From positions 1 to 64,000 of the IMG/VR virus record IMGVR_UViG_3300035698_018317: a stretch of 64,000 bases of DNA. One strand, 5' to 3'. The notes below the pieces were generated by a model. It did no database searches. It was not told the origin of the DNA and worked only from the letters and a program-made list of their open reading frames with translations. The translations under genes were made by a program, and so were the position numbers. Position 1 is the first letter of the stretch, and the number at the start of each line of letters is the position of its first letter. Shown here piece after piece: positions 55,405 through 64,000 of this stretch.

Positions 55405-57309
55405 ATGGCAACGAGTTTTCCACCAATTCCGGTTTTTCCAGCAGCAATAGATTCTGATTATACATTATTCTTAGTGTATAATACTTCTGAAGCTCAATTG
55501 TCTAGCAATAATCAGCCATGGTCAAATGAAATTTCAATAGTGCCAGTAGGCGACAATGACCTTGAACAATGGGGCGACAATGGTTTTGCTAATATATCTG
55601 GTGAATTATTTTACTATGATGCCGTTACCAAGAATGCCGCTGGAAAGATAAAAACACTTAGAAGGTGTGCTAGAAATTTGTCCGGTTCTCAAACTCAATA
55701 CAATCCATCTGGAACTTGGGTGAGGGGATATGTTGTAGCAGAACATCATAATCAATTGGTAGACACTACCTTAAAATTAGAAAACTATATTGGGATAAAC
55801 TACTCGACAAACACACTTACTTTAGATTATAAAATAAGAGATTTATTATCTGTTCCTGATTTCACAGATGACCACGGATGTGCTGACGTAGTGTTTACTT
55901 TTATTATTGACGAAAGTGCAAGCAATAATTCTGTTGGGACAGTAGTTGTTTTTAAGGTAGTTATAACTGGTACTTTTAATAGTTATGTGTTAGATTTTGG
56001 AGACGGCAACACAACAACAGATTTAGAAGGAACTCACACATACGCCACAAATATCACCCCAGAACCAGTTGTAATTGTTTCTAATGAAACATGCGAGATT
56101 GTTCAAACTCCGTATAATTTTGCTAATCCTAATGAGCCACCTACAGAGGAAGATGAAAGATTTGAAATACCAATACCGGAAGTGCCTGAATTCCCGGCAA
56201 TACTTATACCTGAAATAGATGTACCAGAAACAACGTTGACATTACCTCAAATAGTTTTCCCGTGTTTGGATATTGCGTTAAATCCAATGAGTATTATTTT
56301 TGTTCCACCAAATCCAGTGCCAAGTATCATTGAATTTGGGCCTGTGGATATACCTTCTATTATCAGTGTAACTGATAGCATACCTTCTATTATCAGTGTA
56401 ATAGATAGTATACCTTCTGTTATCAGTTTAATAGGTAGCCTACCTTCTGTTATCAGTTTAATAGCTGATTTAACAAATATTACTCTTATTGGACTAGCAG
56501 ATATTACTCTTATTGGCGTAACAGATATTACTCTTATTGGCATATCAGATATTAGTCTTCTAGGAGTAGAAGATATTACTCTTATTGGCATATCAGATAT
56601 TAGCCTTCTTGGAATATCAGACATTAATCTTCTAGGAGTAGAAGATATTACTCTTATTGGAATATCAAATATTAATCTTCTTGGAATATCAGACATTAAT
56701 CTTCTTGGAATACGAGATATTAGCCTTTATGGAATACGGGATATTAGTCTTATTGTTCCTGATATTACCGTATCTATTGTATGTAGTAGTGGTGCCGCTG
56801 TCATGGGCTTGGAAGCTCCTGTTGAAGCTATGGCTAGTTTCGATACTGGTTCCGAAGCTATCCCCAATGTAACTGAGTTCAGTAAAGAAGACGGGACTAT
56901 TTTGGACCAAAGGGAAGTAGAAAGATTATCAGAAGATATAAAATTAATTCATAATTTACCGATGGAAATACAACTTAATTCTGAAACCCTTCCAGAATCT
57001 ATTAAAATAGATTCATCAGATATTCCCGGTGTAATAGATTTGAAATTAGACGGCAATTTCCCATCTGTGTTGAAAATAGATGCTAGTGGTTTGCCAGAAA
57101 GTATTCAGGTCATTGGTATACCTGAATCTATAGAATTAAAAGGAACTATTCCTGACGAAATTAAAATAACTGCACCAGAAGATTTAGAAGTGCCACTAGT
57201 TTATAGAGGTGGCCCTATACCTATAAAATTTGATGAAACGGCATTCCAAAATGCGGATGGTGAAGACTTCCCGTGTTTTGCTATCGTTCCTTGTCCTTCT
57301 AAAAAATGA
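55405..57309 (+). CDS. PKD-like virion/fibre protein with a tandem 8-aa repeat shaft
   Basis: Shared N-terminal domain (VAEHHNQL), LDFGDGN, then I(T/S/N)L(I/L)G repeats. Confidence 0.8.
   Translation: MATSFPPIPVFPAAIDSDYTLFLVYNTSEAQLSSNNQPWSNEISIVPVGDNDLEQWGDNGFANISGELFYYDAVTKNAAGKIKTLRRCARNLSGSQTQYNPSGTWVRGYVVAEHHNQLVDTTLKLENYIGINYSTNTLTLDYKIRDLLSVPDFTDDHGCADVVFTFIIDESASNNSVGTVVVFKVVITGTFNSYVLDFGDGNTTTDLEGTHTYATNITPEPVVIVSNETCEIVQTPYNFANPNEPPTEEDERFEIPIPEVPEFPAILIPEIDVPETTLTLPQIVFPCLDIALNPMSIIFVPPNPVPSIIEFGPVDIPSIISVTDSIPSIISVIDSIPSVISLIGSLPSVISLIADLTNITLIGLADITLIGVTDITLIGISDISLLGVEDITLIGISDISLLGISDINLLGVEDITLIGISNINLLGISDINLLGIRDISLYGIRDISLIVPDITVSIVCSSGAAVMGLEAPVEAMASFDTGSEAIPNVTEFSKEDGTILDQREVERLSEDIKLIHNLPMEIQLNSETLPESIKIDSSDIPGVIDLKLDGNFPSVLKIDASGLPESIQVIGIPESIELKGTIPDEIKITAPEDLEVPLVYRGGPIPIKFDETAFQNADGEDFPCFAIVPCPSKK
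56320..56763 (+). repeat. Intragenic tandem repeats: PS(I/V)I units followed by about twelve 24-nt units
   Basis: Repeated GATATTA(C/G)TCTT(A/C)TTGG-like units encoding DITLIGIS, DISLLGVE and variants. Confidence 0.9.
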
Positions 57310-58145
57310 GAATAAAAAAACATTCAAATAACAACAAATACTTATCTACTGATTCTGGTGTTTGGGTAAGAGATTTCTGTACAACTGCAAAAAGGTTTGA
57401 AGATATTAATCACTTAATTCCTCAGAAAGACTTTTCTGTTCTTCTTAATAATGAATTAGAAAATAGAAAAAGACGACATCCCAATATTGATAACGAAAAT
57501 GTTGTGATGCGTAATATCGTCATTGTTTCTGATGGGTATGATTTTGAAAGCAAACAAGAAATTTTGGCTGATTTGCCAGATGATGTTTTTATAATAGGAA
57601 CTAACAAGGCGTTAAAGCGTTGGTCTCTTGTCGGCAGAAAGACAATGAATTATTATGTGATAAATAATCCATATGTGGATGCTATGTCTTTTATTCCTAA
57701 AAAATATTTTCCAACATGTATTGCTTCCTCAAGAACATATCTTGAATTTCTAAAAAACTATCGAGGAACAAAATATACATATTTTCCTGTTTCAGAAGAG
57801 GGGTACTCTGGATTGAATATGGACTCGAATTATAAAATAGATGATTATAGAAACCCAATATGTGCTGCTATTGGTTTGGCTTACAAATTTGGGGTTCGAA
57901 AATTAGCACTATTTTGTTGTGACACTTCGTTTAAGGATAATCGTCCCGGTGCTGAAAAATTGGAAAATGGATTCTGGGCTTATCCACAACAAAAATTATC
58001 CCACGAGTTAATTGATGGTAATTTACATTGGCTTTCTGCTCAGGGTGTTAAAATATGTGAACATACTAATGATTACAAATTTACTAATGCTACATATATA
58101 AAAGAGGAAGATATTAAAAGGTTTTTTGAAGATGACAATGAATGA
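57306..58145 (+). CDS. MptE/DUF115 (Maf-like) nucleotide-diphosphate-utilising protein
   Basis: IVIVSDG, IIGTNKAL and AAIGLAYKFGVRKLALFCCD. Confidence 0.5.
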   Translation: MRIKKHSNNNKYLSTDSGVWVRDFCTTAKRFEDINHLIPQKDFSVLLNNELENRKRRHPNIDNENVVMRNIVIVSDGYDFESKQEILADLPDDVFIIGTNKALKRWSLVGRKTMNYYVINNPYVDAMSFIPKKYFPTCIASSRTYLEFLKNYRGTKYTYFPVSEEGYSGLNMDSNYKIDDYRNPICAAIGLAYKFGVRKLALFCCDTSFKDNRPGAEKLENGFWAYPQQKLSHELIDGNLHWLSAQGVKICEHTNDYKFTNATYIKEEDIKRFFEDDNE

Positions 58146-58440
58146 TAAATTTTCGGTAGATGATTTCAAAAAGTGGATGACAACTCACAATGAATCCCAA
58201 CATGATTTTATTAAACAAAAAACTAATGCTCTTGTTGGAACAAAAGTAGAATCCAAAATAGATGCAGATAGAATCGCTGCAAAGATAACAACAGATGATT
58301 TCGTTGATGAATTTTCTCTTGCAGAATCTTTTTCAAAAGATGGTGGGGAAATTTGCGAAGTCGATGGAAAACAATTTAAAATTCAATTGGAAAGTGGTGA
58401 TACATTTTATATCCATCGTTGTTACGTAACACGTATTTAA
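58138..58440 (+). CDS. Hypothetical protein
   Basis: Overlaps the upstream stop codon. Confidence 0.65.
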   Translation: MNDKFSVDDFKKWMTTHNESQHDFIKQKTNALVGTKVESKIDADRIAAKITTDDFVDEFSLAESFSKDGGEICEVDGKQFKIQLESGDTFYIHRCYVTRI

Positions 58441-58823
58441 TATTTCTTTCTTCTTAACATTGTCTTAATTGGATTATTCAATTTTCTATTGATTTCTATT
58501 GGTTTTGGTTTATCTTTTGGAACATATACTTTACTTTCATATTCTTGGCAAACGGACGAATAGCTTAATGGAAGATTTTTATACTTTCTTTTCTTAAGAC
58601 CCTTTCTCAAAGAATCATAATTTTCTGCTCCTTCAACCCATAACTCCCATAGCATTTTATTTTCTAATATTTCTTTGGATATTATAGATTCCATTTTAGA
58701 AGGAAGACTAAGCTCTTCTACATTATTGACTCTTGTTGGTGGAAAGTAATCTTTTCCATTAATGACGCTGAGAACTCGAATTCCCTTTTTGTCTCGTCTT
58801 GCTAGATATAGGTAAAGTTTCAT
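58437..58823 (-). CDS. Hypothetical protein
   Basis: 128 aa with AGGAG SD. Confidence 0.65.
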   Translation of the reverse strand: MKLYLYLARRDKKGIRVLSVINGKDYFPPTRVNNVEELSLPSKMESIISKEILENKMLWELWVEGAENYDSLRKGLKKRKYKNLPLSYSSVCQEYESKVYVPKDKPKPIEINRKLNNPIKTMLRRKKY

Positions 58824-58955
58824 ATAGTTTTTTGAACAACTCCTCTAATACTATAGTAGTATAATTATCTGGTGTAGAGCCAAATTGATTAAAAAAATCA
58901 AAGAAAGCTTGTTGAGACATCTGTTTTCTCATATCCTTACTCATATACCATAGAT

Positions 58956-59630
58956 ATGGTAAGAATAGCATTTAATGATAGAGAAAAATTTGGTCATGTT
59001 TTAGTACCTGCCCATCATTATTCGGTAATAAAAAATAGATATTGCATAGCATACTTTGGTCCTATGACAGAGTATATTATCCAATTAAATGCTTTATTCC
59101 CAATTATAGAAAAACAATTTCCAAAATTAGAATTATATTTAGCAATAAGAAATGAATTATTGTGCCTTGTGGAAGATAGGCAAAGAATCATACTAAAAAA
59201 TGAAATGCCTGACTTTAAAGATAAAATAGCGTACATTAGAGAAATAAAATCTGATTTACGCCAGCATCCCGTGCTTACAATATTAGAAGAGTCCGAGATA
59301 AAAATACCCAAAAACTCATTTCCTGTTAATGAAGAACCCAGCACAAAATGCGTCATAGTTACACACGGAATCAATCCTCCCACACAATCATTAAATGAAA
59401 AACAAATCAAAAAACTACATGACATGTGCCAAGCAGAAGGATATCAGGTAGAAATAGATTCTAATATAGAAAACGCAGGATGGGTAGTTGGTGTAGAAAG
59501 CCCAAAACTATACAAAGCAGGAATAAAAGGTATTAGAACTTCTCTAGTACCTACAGGCATTGGGACTAAATTATATAAAATGATGTTTTCTAATGGTAAT
59601 ATATTACTAGAATTAAGTTCGCAAGTATAG
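58956..59630 (+). CDS. Divergent GT9-like (GT-B) protein
   Basis: YFG...EYIIQL..L, P.L..L.E..I and AGWVVGVES..LY.AG..G; loosely parallels 60336-61331. Confidence 0.4.
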   Translation: MVRIAFNDREKFGHVLVPAHHYSVIKNRYCIAYFGPMTEYIIQLNALFPIIEKQFPKLELYLAIRNELLCLVEDRQRIILKNEMPDFKDKIAYIREIKSDLRQHPVLTILEESEIKIPKNSFPVNEEPSTKCVIVTHGINPPTQSLNEKQIKKLHDMCQAEGYQVEIDSNIENAGWVVGVESPKLYKAGIKGIRTSLVPTGIGTKLYKMMFSNGNILLELSSQV

Positions 59631-59679
59631 ATAACTTGAAGACGAAATGTTAGACACTTGACATCATAGGGAGATAAAA

Positions 59680-60258
59680 ATGAGTGTATTTAGAGTAGCC
59701 TTAAACAACATTGACCAAGGTAGATTAGACATTAATCCTATTACTGGTCTACAATCAGACCCAAGTATCCAGAGAACTGTTTATGTCATGGGACCGAACC
59801 AAGTAAATCGTCTGCTAGCAGACGGCGAAACGTTCACGGATTGCAACTACTGGAAACAGTTTGCTTATCCTCAGACGACCAAGGCATTAGCGTTCGTAGA
59901 AGTAGTCACAGATGACGGAAGTGTTTGGGCCAATGGTTCAAGCAGCAATGTCGTTGACAGTGACACCTTGACTGGTGCTGCTGGTAGCATTTATTCCACA
60001 GCCGGAAATACGTGGGATATCGAAGCTGAGCATGATAGTTATGCAATTTACACCCGTATCATTAACACTGCCGCAACTGGCACTGTTAACATTCAGTTGA
60101 ATGATACCGCAATCTTCTCGCTGGGTGGCGGCGAAGAAATGGTATTCGATATCGGCGACCTTGCTATAACCAAGGTAGCAGTTGGAAACAACAGTTCTGG
60201 TGCTGTAGATTCGCCAATCGAAGTTATTGCTTTGATTCAGTCGATTTGCACTAGCTAA
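59680..60258 (+). CDS. Probable virion structural protein
   Basis: GGGAGA SD; acidic and Thr/Ser/Gly-rich; followed by a strong terminator. Confidence 0.6.
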   Translation: MSVFRVALNNIDQGRLDINPITGLQSDPSIQRTVYVMGPNQVNRLLADGETFTDCNYWKQFAYPQTTKALAFVEVVTDDGSVWANGSSSNVVDSDTLTGAAGSIYSTAGNTWDIEAEHDSYAIYTRIINTAATGTVNIQLNDTAIFSLGGGEEMVFDIGDLAITKVAVGNNSSGAVDSPIEVIALIQSICTS

Positions 60259-60283
60259 TCCATGGTAAATTTTATGGGGAGAG

Positions 60284-60314
60284 AAAAAGCCCGCTCTTTT
60301 GAGCGGGCTTTTTT
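60284..60314 (+). terminator. Intrinsic terminator
   Basis: AAAAAGCCCGCTC-TTTT-GAGCGGGCTTTTTT. Confidence 0.9.
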
Positions 60315-60335
60315 GCATTTTAACTATATTAAAAC

Positions 60336-61331
60336 ATGGTTAAACTTTTTCAAAAACGACGTAATAGAAAACCAAGAACATCTGAGTTCAAACCTTTGTC
60401 TATAAAGAGATTTAGTGAAATAAGAAACAATATCTTAGTAATAAGAAAATTAGGCGGAATCGGAGATATTGTTATGCATCGTTATATTTTCGAAAGTCTG
60501 AAAAAAGTAAATGAAGACATAAAAATCACATTTGCATGTCCACCAGAATTTCATGAATTTGTAGATGAACACCCTTATATTGATAAATTAGAAAATAGTA
60601 ATACAATAGATTATTCAGATTATATCATATCATTTGATACCACAAGGTGTTGTTTAAGAACCGAATACTCTACCTCTCCAAAAGTAACAATGAATCGTCC
60701 AGATATATGGGCAAAGCATTGTGGCATAAAAATCAATAATTATGATATGCATTTCGATTTAACGGATGAGCAGAAGAAATGGGGAGAAGATAAAATAAAA
60801 GAAATAAGAAATGGCGTAGATGGGCCTTCTGTTTTGTTATCTCCATTATCAGTAGCTATGGATAGAAGTTTTACGAATGACCAAATAAGGATGATAGTAA
60901 AAAACTTACGCAAGATGGGATATTTTGTATTTGGCACACATCATCTTCCCGTTTCGGTATTTAGTGAACTTAATGTTCCATTATTAAGGAAACTACCTCC
61001 AAAAAATTGGATATCAACAATTAATGCTGCTGATTATGTGATAACTGTTGATACAGGTACGTTTCATATAGCCGGGGGATTAGGTAAGCCTATGGCTGCT
61101 ATGTTTACATGGACTGACGGGAAAGTTCGTGGGAATCATTATGATTTTATCCTAATGCAAAATCATCGTGATGATGGATGGAATTGTGGTCCTTGTTGGG
61201 TTCCTTGCAAAAGATATAACGGACCATATAAGCCTTGTTGTACTGAACTATCTGAAGATATGATTATGGCAAGCATAAATAAAATGTTAAATAAATGGCC
61301 GTATCAAACTAAGGTAATCATAGATGGTTAG
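60336..61331 (+). CDS. Glycosyltransferase family 9 (heptosyltransferase-like)
   Basis: ILVIRKLGGIGDIV, HPYID and ADYVITVDTGTFHIAGGLGKP. Confidence 0.85.
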   Translation: MVKLFQKRRNRKPRTSEFKPLSIKRFSEIRNNILVIRKLGGIGDIVMHRYIFESLKKVNEDIKITFACPPEFHEFVDEHPYIDKLENSNTIDYSDYIISFDTTRCCLRTEYSTSPKVTMNRPDIWAKHCGIKINNYDMHFDLTDEQKKWGEDKIKEIRNGVDGPSVLLSPLSVAMDRSFTNDQIRMIVKNLRKMGYFVFGTHHLPVSVFSELNVPLLRKLPPKNWISTINAADYVITVDTGTFHIAGGLGKPMAAMFTWTDGKVRGNHYDFILMQNHRDDGWNCGPCWVPCKRYNGPYKPCCTELSEDMIMASINKMLNKWPYQTKVIIDG

Positions 61332-61569
61332 AAATATAAAACCTGATAAAGTGAAAACAAGTGTCGTTACCAAAAATGGTGAATGCAAAATTGAACTTAC
61401 TCTTAATATTAATATAAATTCTGAAGGCGTGACTGTTAACGCAAATGCAACTGCCGCTGAAGAAAAGAAGAAAAAATATATTGATAAGGAAGAAGACAAT
61501 GTGGCATGGGCTATCCCTGAATTTGACAGTGAAAAAATAGACTTTGGTAAACAAAAAATTGGAGATTAA
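61324..61569 (+). CDS. Small hypothetical protein
   Basis: 81 aa; overlaps the GT9 stop and lies directly upstream of the actin gene. Confidence 0.6.
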   Translation: MVRNIKPDKVKTSVVTKNGECKIELTLNININSEGVTVNANATAAEEKKKKYIDKEEDNVAWAIPEFDSEKIDFGKQKIGD

Positions 61570-61570
61570 T

Positions 61571-62587
61571 ATGGCTGGAATAGGCTTTGATTGCGGAACA
61601 TACAATTTAGTTTGTTGTAAACGCAACGAAAAAAACGAATTAGAATATAAAAGAGAAGTAAATGCTTTCATTGAAATGCCTATAGAAAATAGGTTCGTTT
61701 TCAACATGATGAAAGATGCTGGAGTTCCTCTTATTGAAAGAGCGGATGCGGGTGTTGCATATGCTTTGGGTGAAGCAGCAGTTAACATTGCTTATACCAT
61801 GAATAATGTAGAACTAAAAAGGCCCATGAAAGATGGATGCCTAAATCCAAAAGAAAAATATGCTCAACAGATTATGAGCATCATGATGCATAGTCTTATA
61901 GACACATCGGATAATGGCGAACCTGTTTATTACAGTGTTCCCGCAAATGCAATTAACGAAGAGACGGATTCGGATTATCATGGAAAAGTATTAGAAGCCG
62001 TATTCAAAGCATTTAAGGATGATGATGATAATAAGGTTGAACCATTCCCCATTAATGAAGGTTTGGCATTAGTTTATTCTGAATTAAAGAAAAAAGCTTA
62101 TACTGGATTGGGAATTAGTTTTGGAGCAGGAATGGTAAATGTTTGTTTTGCAAACAGTGGATTCCCTGTGTTTGAGTTTTCAATAGTAAACTCGGGTGAC
62201 TGGATTGATAAGATGGCGGCAAAAGCCACTGGCGAAACATCAACTTTCATTAATAAAGAAAAAGAAAAGCTTGATTTGACGGTTGACTCAGATTCATTAG
62301 TTCAACGGGCAATTAAGGCTCAATATGAAATTATGGTTCAAAAGACTGTAACAGAAATAAAAAGAGGATTAGAAGAATCAAATAACAAAGCTAGAAACCC
62401 CGGACATCCTATTGATATAGTGATTTCTGGTGGAACTAGTTCCCCCAAGGGTTTTAAAGAATTATTTGCTGATATTGTGGAAAAATCACATCTCCCGATA
62501 GACTTAGGAGATATTATCAGGCCAAAAGACCCTCTTTATTCTGTGGCTCGTGGATGTCTATTCGCCGCAGAAATGTCGATGCAATAA
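61571..62587 (+). CDS. Actin-family ATPase (salactin/volactin/MamK-like)
   Basis: Phosphate-1 GFDCGT, connect-1 INEGLA, phosphate-2 GISFGAG, adenosine ISGGTS and connect-2 VARG; GGAGA SD. Confidence 0.85.
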   Translation: MAGIGFDCGTYNLVCCKRNEKNELEYKREVNAFIEMPIENRFVFNMMKDAGVPLIERADAGVAYALGEAAVNIAYTMNNVELKRPMKDGCLNPKEKYAQQIMSIMMHSLIDTSDNGEPVYYSVPANAINEETDSDYHGKVLEAVFKAFKDDDDNKVEPFPINEGLALVYSELKKKAYTGLGISFGAGMVNVCFANSGFPVFEFSIVNSGDWIDKMAAKATGETSTFINKEKEKLDLTVDSDSLVQRAIKAQYEIMVQKTVTEIKRGLEESNNKARNPGHPIDIVISGGTSSPKGFKELFADIVEKSHLPIDLGDIIRPKDPLYSVARGCLFAAEMSMQ

Positions 62588-62607
62588 ACCAAAGAAAGAA
62601 GGAAAGA

Positions 62608-63207
62608 ATGAATGAAATGAAAGAAAAGCTTCTAGACGAAATAAAAGAAGAGCTTAAAGGTACATTTAAACATCGTTTGTTTGATAAAAAAAATGATAGA
62701 GATTTTGAAACAGCATATAAAAACATGTGCGTTGATATGTTAAAAGATATATTAGACAATAACTCTGTGAAAATAAGATGGACTAAAGATGAAAATCTTG
62801 AAGAAAAGGAATTGAAAATGGATGAATATAAGCGAGGGTATATATATGACCCAATGAGTGAAGACAAAATATTGAGAGATGACATGCCAGCAAAACTAAC
62901 CTATGAAGACGCCCGAGAAAAAGCCACAGTTGACATCAGAAGCGAACATAAAGTGTGCGGAAATAATGATGATGGCTTCTGCGTTGAATCAGTAAGATTA
63001 GCAGGAAACAAAAAACATAAAACTCAAAACTCGTATGTTGATAAAATACACGAACATGTAGAAATACTTAGAAAATTCACCTCTGGAGAAGAAATGTTAA
63101 AAGAGATGTCGTATGTAGTTCGTGGTAAAATGAGTTCAATCATGCAGGAAATGTGCGATAAGATTATAGTAGAAACTAAGAATTTCAAACATTCTTTAAA
63201 TAAGTAA
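62608..63207 (+). CDS. Hypothetical charged helical protein
   Basis: AAGGAAAGA-ATG directly after the actin gene. Confidence 0.65.
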   Translation: MNEMKEKLLDEIKEELKGTFKHRLFDKKNDRDFETAYKNMCVDMLKDILDNNSVKIRWTKDENLEEKELKMDEYKRGYIYDPMSEDKILRDDMPAKLTYEDAREKATVDIRSEHKVCGNNDDGFCVESVRLAGNKKHKTQNSYVDKIHEHVEILRKFTSGEEMLKEMSYVVRGKMSSIMQEMCDKIIVETKNFKHSLNK

Positions 63208-63246
63208 AATTCGTAATTCTCAAACAAAGAAAGAAGGAAAGAAAGT

Positions 63247-63477
63247 ATGGAACCCGTAATTCAAAAAGAAGTGTGCGATTTAGGTGCTGGTGCTTATATG
63301 CTTATGCATGGGTACAAAGTAATAGGTCGCAGAGGTCGTTGTATCATTTTTGAAGTAGAGCAAAGTGCAGATGACGAGTTCGAACAGAAGCAACTTGAAT
63401 ATTTATCTAGTGAATTTCACAGATTTGATTCTTGTTTAATGTCGTTGAAGAAGATTAATGAGTACATGCCCAAATAA
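63247..63477 (+). CDS. Small hypothetical protein
   Basis: 76 aa; same 19-nt purine leader as 62608. Confidence 0.65.
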   Translation: MEPVIQKEVCDLGAGAYMLMHGYKVIGRRGRCIIFEVEQSADDEFEQKQLEYLSSEFHRFDSCLMSLKKINEYMPK

Positions 63478-63501
63478 TTATTATATGACTATATACCTAT
63501 A

Positions 63502-64000
63502 ATGATACAGCACAACACAATCATAGAAGCGGCAGACCCAGCATTTGAGCAATTAAAAAGCGATGTTGACCGAATTATATCTTCTTTTCAAGACAGACTT
63601 GTTCGTTCAGTAACAAATGTTGTTTCTAATGCGGTACAGTATGCTCGTCAGGAAGGCCCACAGGGACCACAGGGAGCCTCACAAGGGACTTCGCAAGGAG
63701 TATCACAGTCAGGGCATCCTAAATCTCTTCCTTGGTTTAAATATGGAGTACGTGGGTTTTTAAATAAACTCTGGCATGGAGATAGTTCAAGTAATCCAAA
63801 TTACCAAACCGAAGGTATGACGCTTGAATCATATATTCATCTAGAAGAAAAAGTAGATGAAGCCGTAGACATAATTATAGAAGAAATGCTATGCGAAGCA
63901 GGGGTTGCAACAGGTGACCTTCAATCTGGTTGGATGGATGTATTCAAAGATTTCAGAAATGAATTATTTGTAACAATACAAAAACATTTAGCTGGTAAAG
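63502..64000 (+). CDS. Hypothetical protein, 3'-truncated by the window edge
   Basis: Open frame from ATG 63502 (MIQHNTIIEAADP...) to the window end; absent from the ORF track. Confidence 0.65.
   Translation, partial: MIQHNTIIEAADPAFEQLKSDVDRIISSFQDRLVRSVTNVVSNAVQYARQEGPQGPQGASQGTSQGVSQSGHPKSLPWFKYGVRGFLNKLWHGDSSSNPNYQTEGMTLESYIHLEEKVDEAVDIIIEEMLCEAGVATGDLQSGWMDVFKDFRNELFVTIQKHLAGK

Noticed and set aside
1-64000. Stop-codon reassignment, as seen in some large phages
   Set aside because: Known proteins (Cas3, tape measure, baseplate) are full length in code 11, and TAA, TAG and TGA all terminate genes.
1-64000. tRNA or rRNA genes
   Set aside because: No cloverleaf with a T-loop GTTCRA in an intergenic context was recognised by eye; tRNAscan-SE would be decisive.

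Overview
A 64-kb segment of a large (jumbo-type) contractile-tailed dsDNA phage genome, standard genetic code, host not identifiable. (1) 1-3.2 kb: a GC-richer array of hairpin + TGTACA-motif + small-ORF cassettes, probably early genes. (2) 3.5-8.3 kb: small accessory ORFs and a minimal COOH-NH2 ligase. (3) 8.3-17 kb, minus strand: a complete type I-E CRISPR interference module (cas3, array 2, cas8e, cas11/cse2, cas7, cas5, cas6e, array 1). It has no cas1/cas2 in the window and no evident leaders, and a tandem paralog pair flanks each end. (4) 17-32 kb: a sigma factor, KptA/Tpt1, Nudix, an HD phosphohydrolase, nine paralogous SH3-like membrane/lipoproteins, a RecD-like helicase, a NUMOD3 endonuclease, Hsp20, an RNA-repair-type HAD and a CCA-adding-type nucleotidyltransferase. 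(5) 32-57 kb: tape measure, baseplate and PKD-domain virion genes. (6) 50-64 kb: glycosyltransferase-like genes interleaved with virion genes and an actin-family ATPase. Best leads: T4-like capsid-targeting N-termini on the RNA-repair enzymes (possibly an injected RNA-repair kit); a CRISPR spacer that translates to a DNA-methyltransferase DPP(Y) motif; a salactin/volactin-like phage actin; the cassette array; and the lipoprotein array. All family calls come from motif recognition by eye, with no database search.
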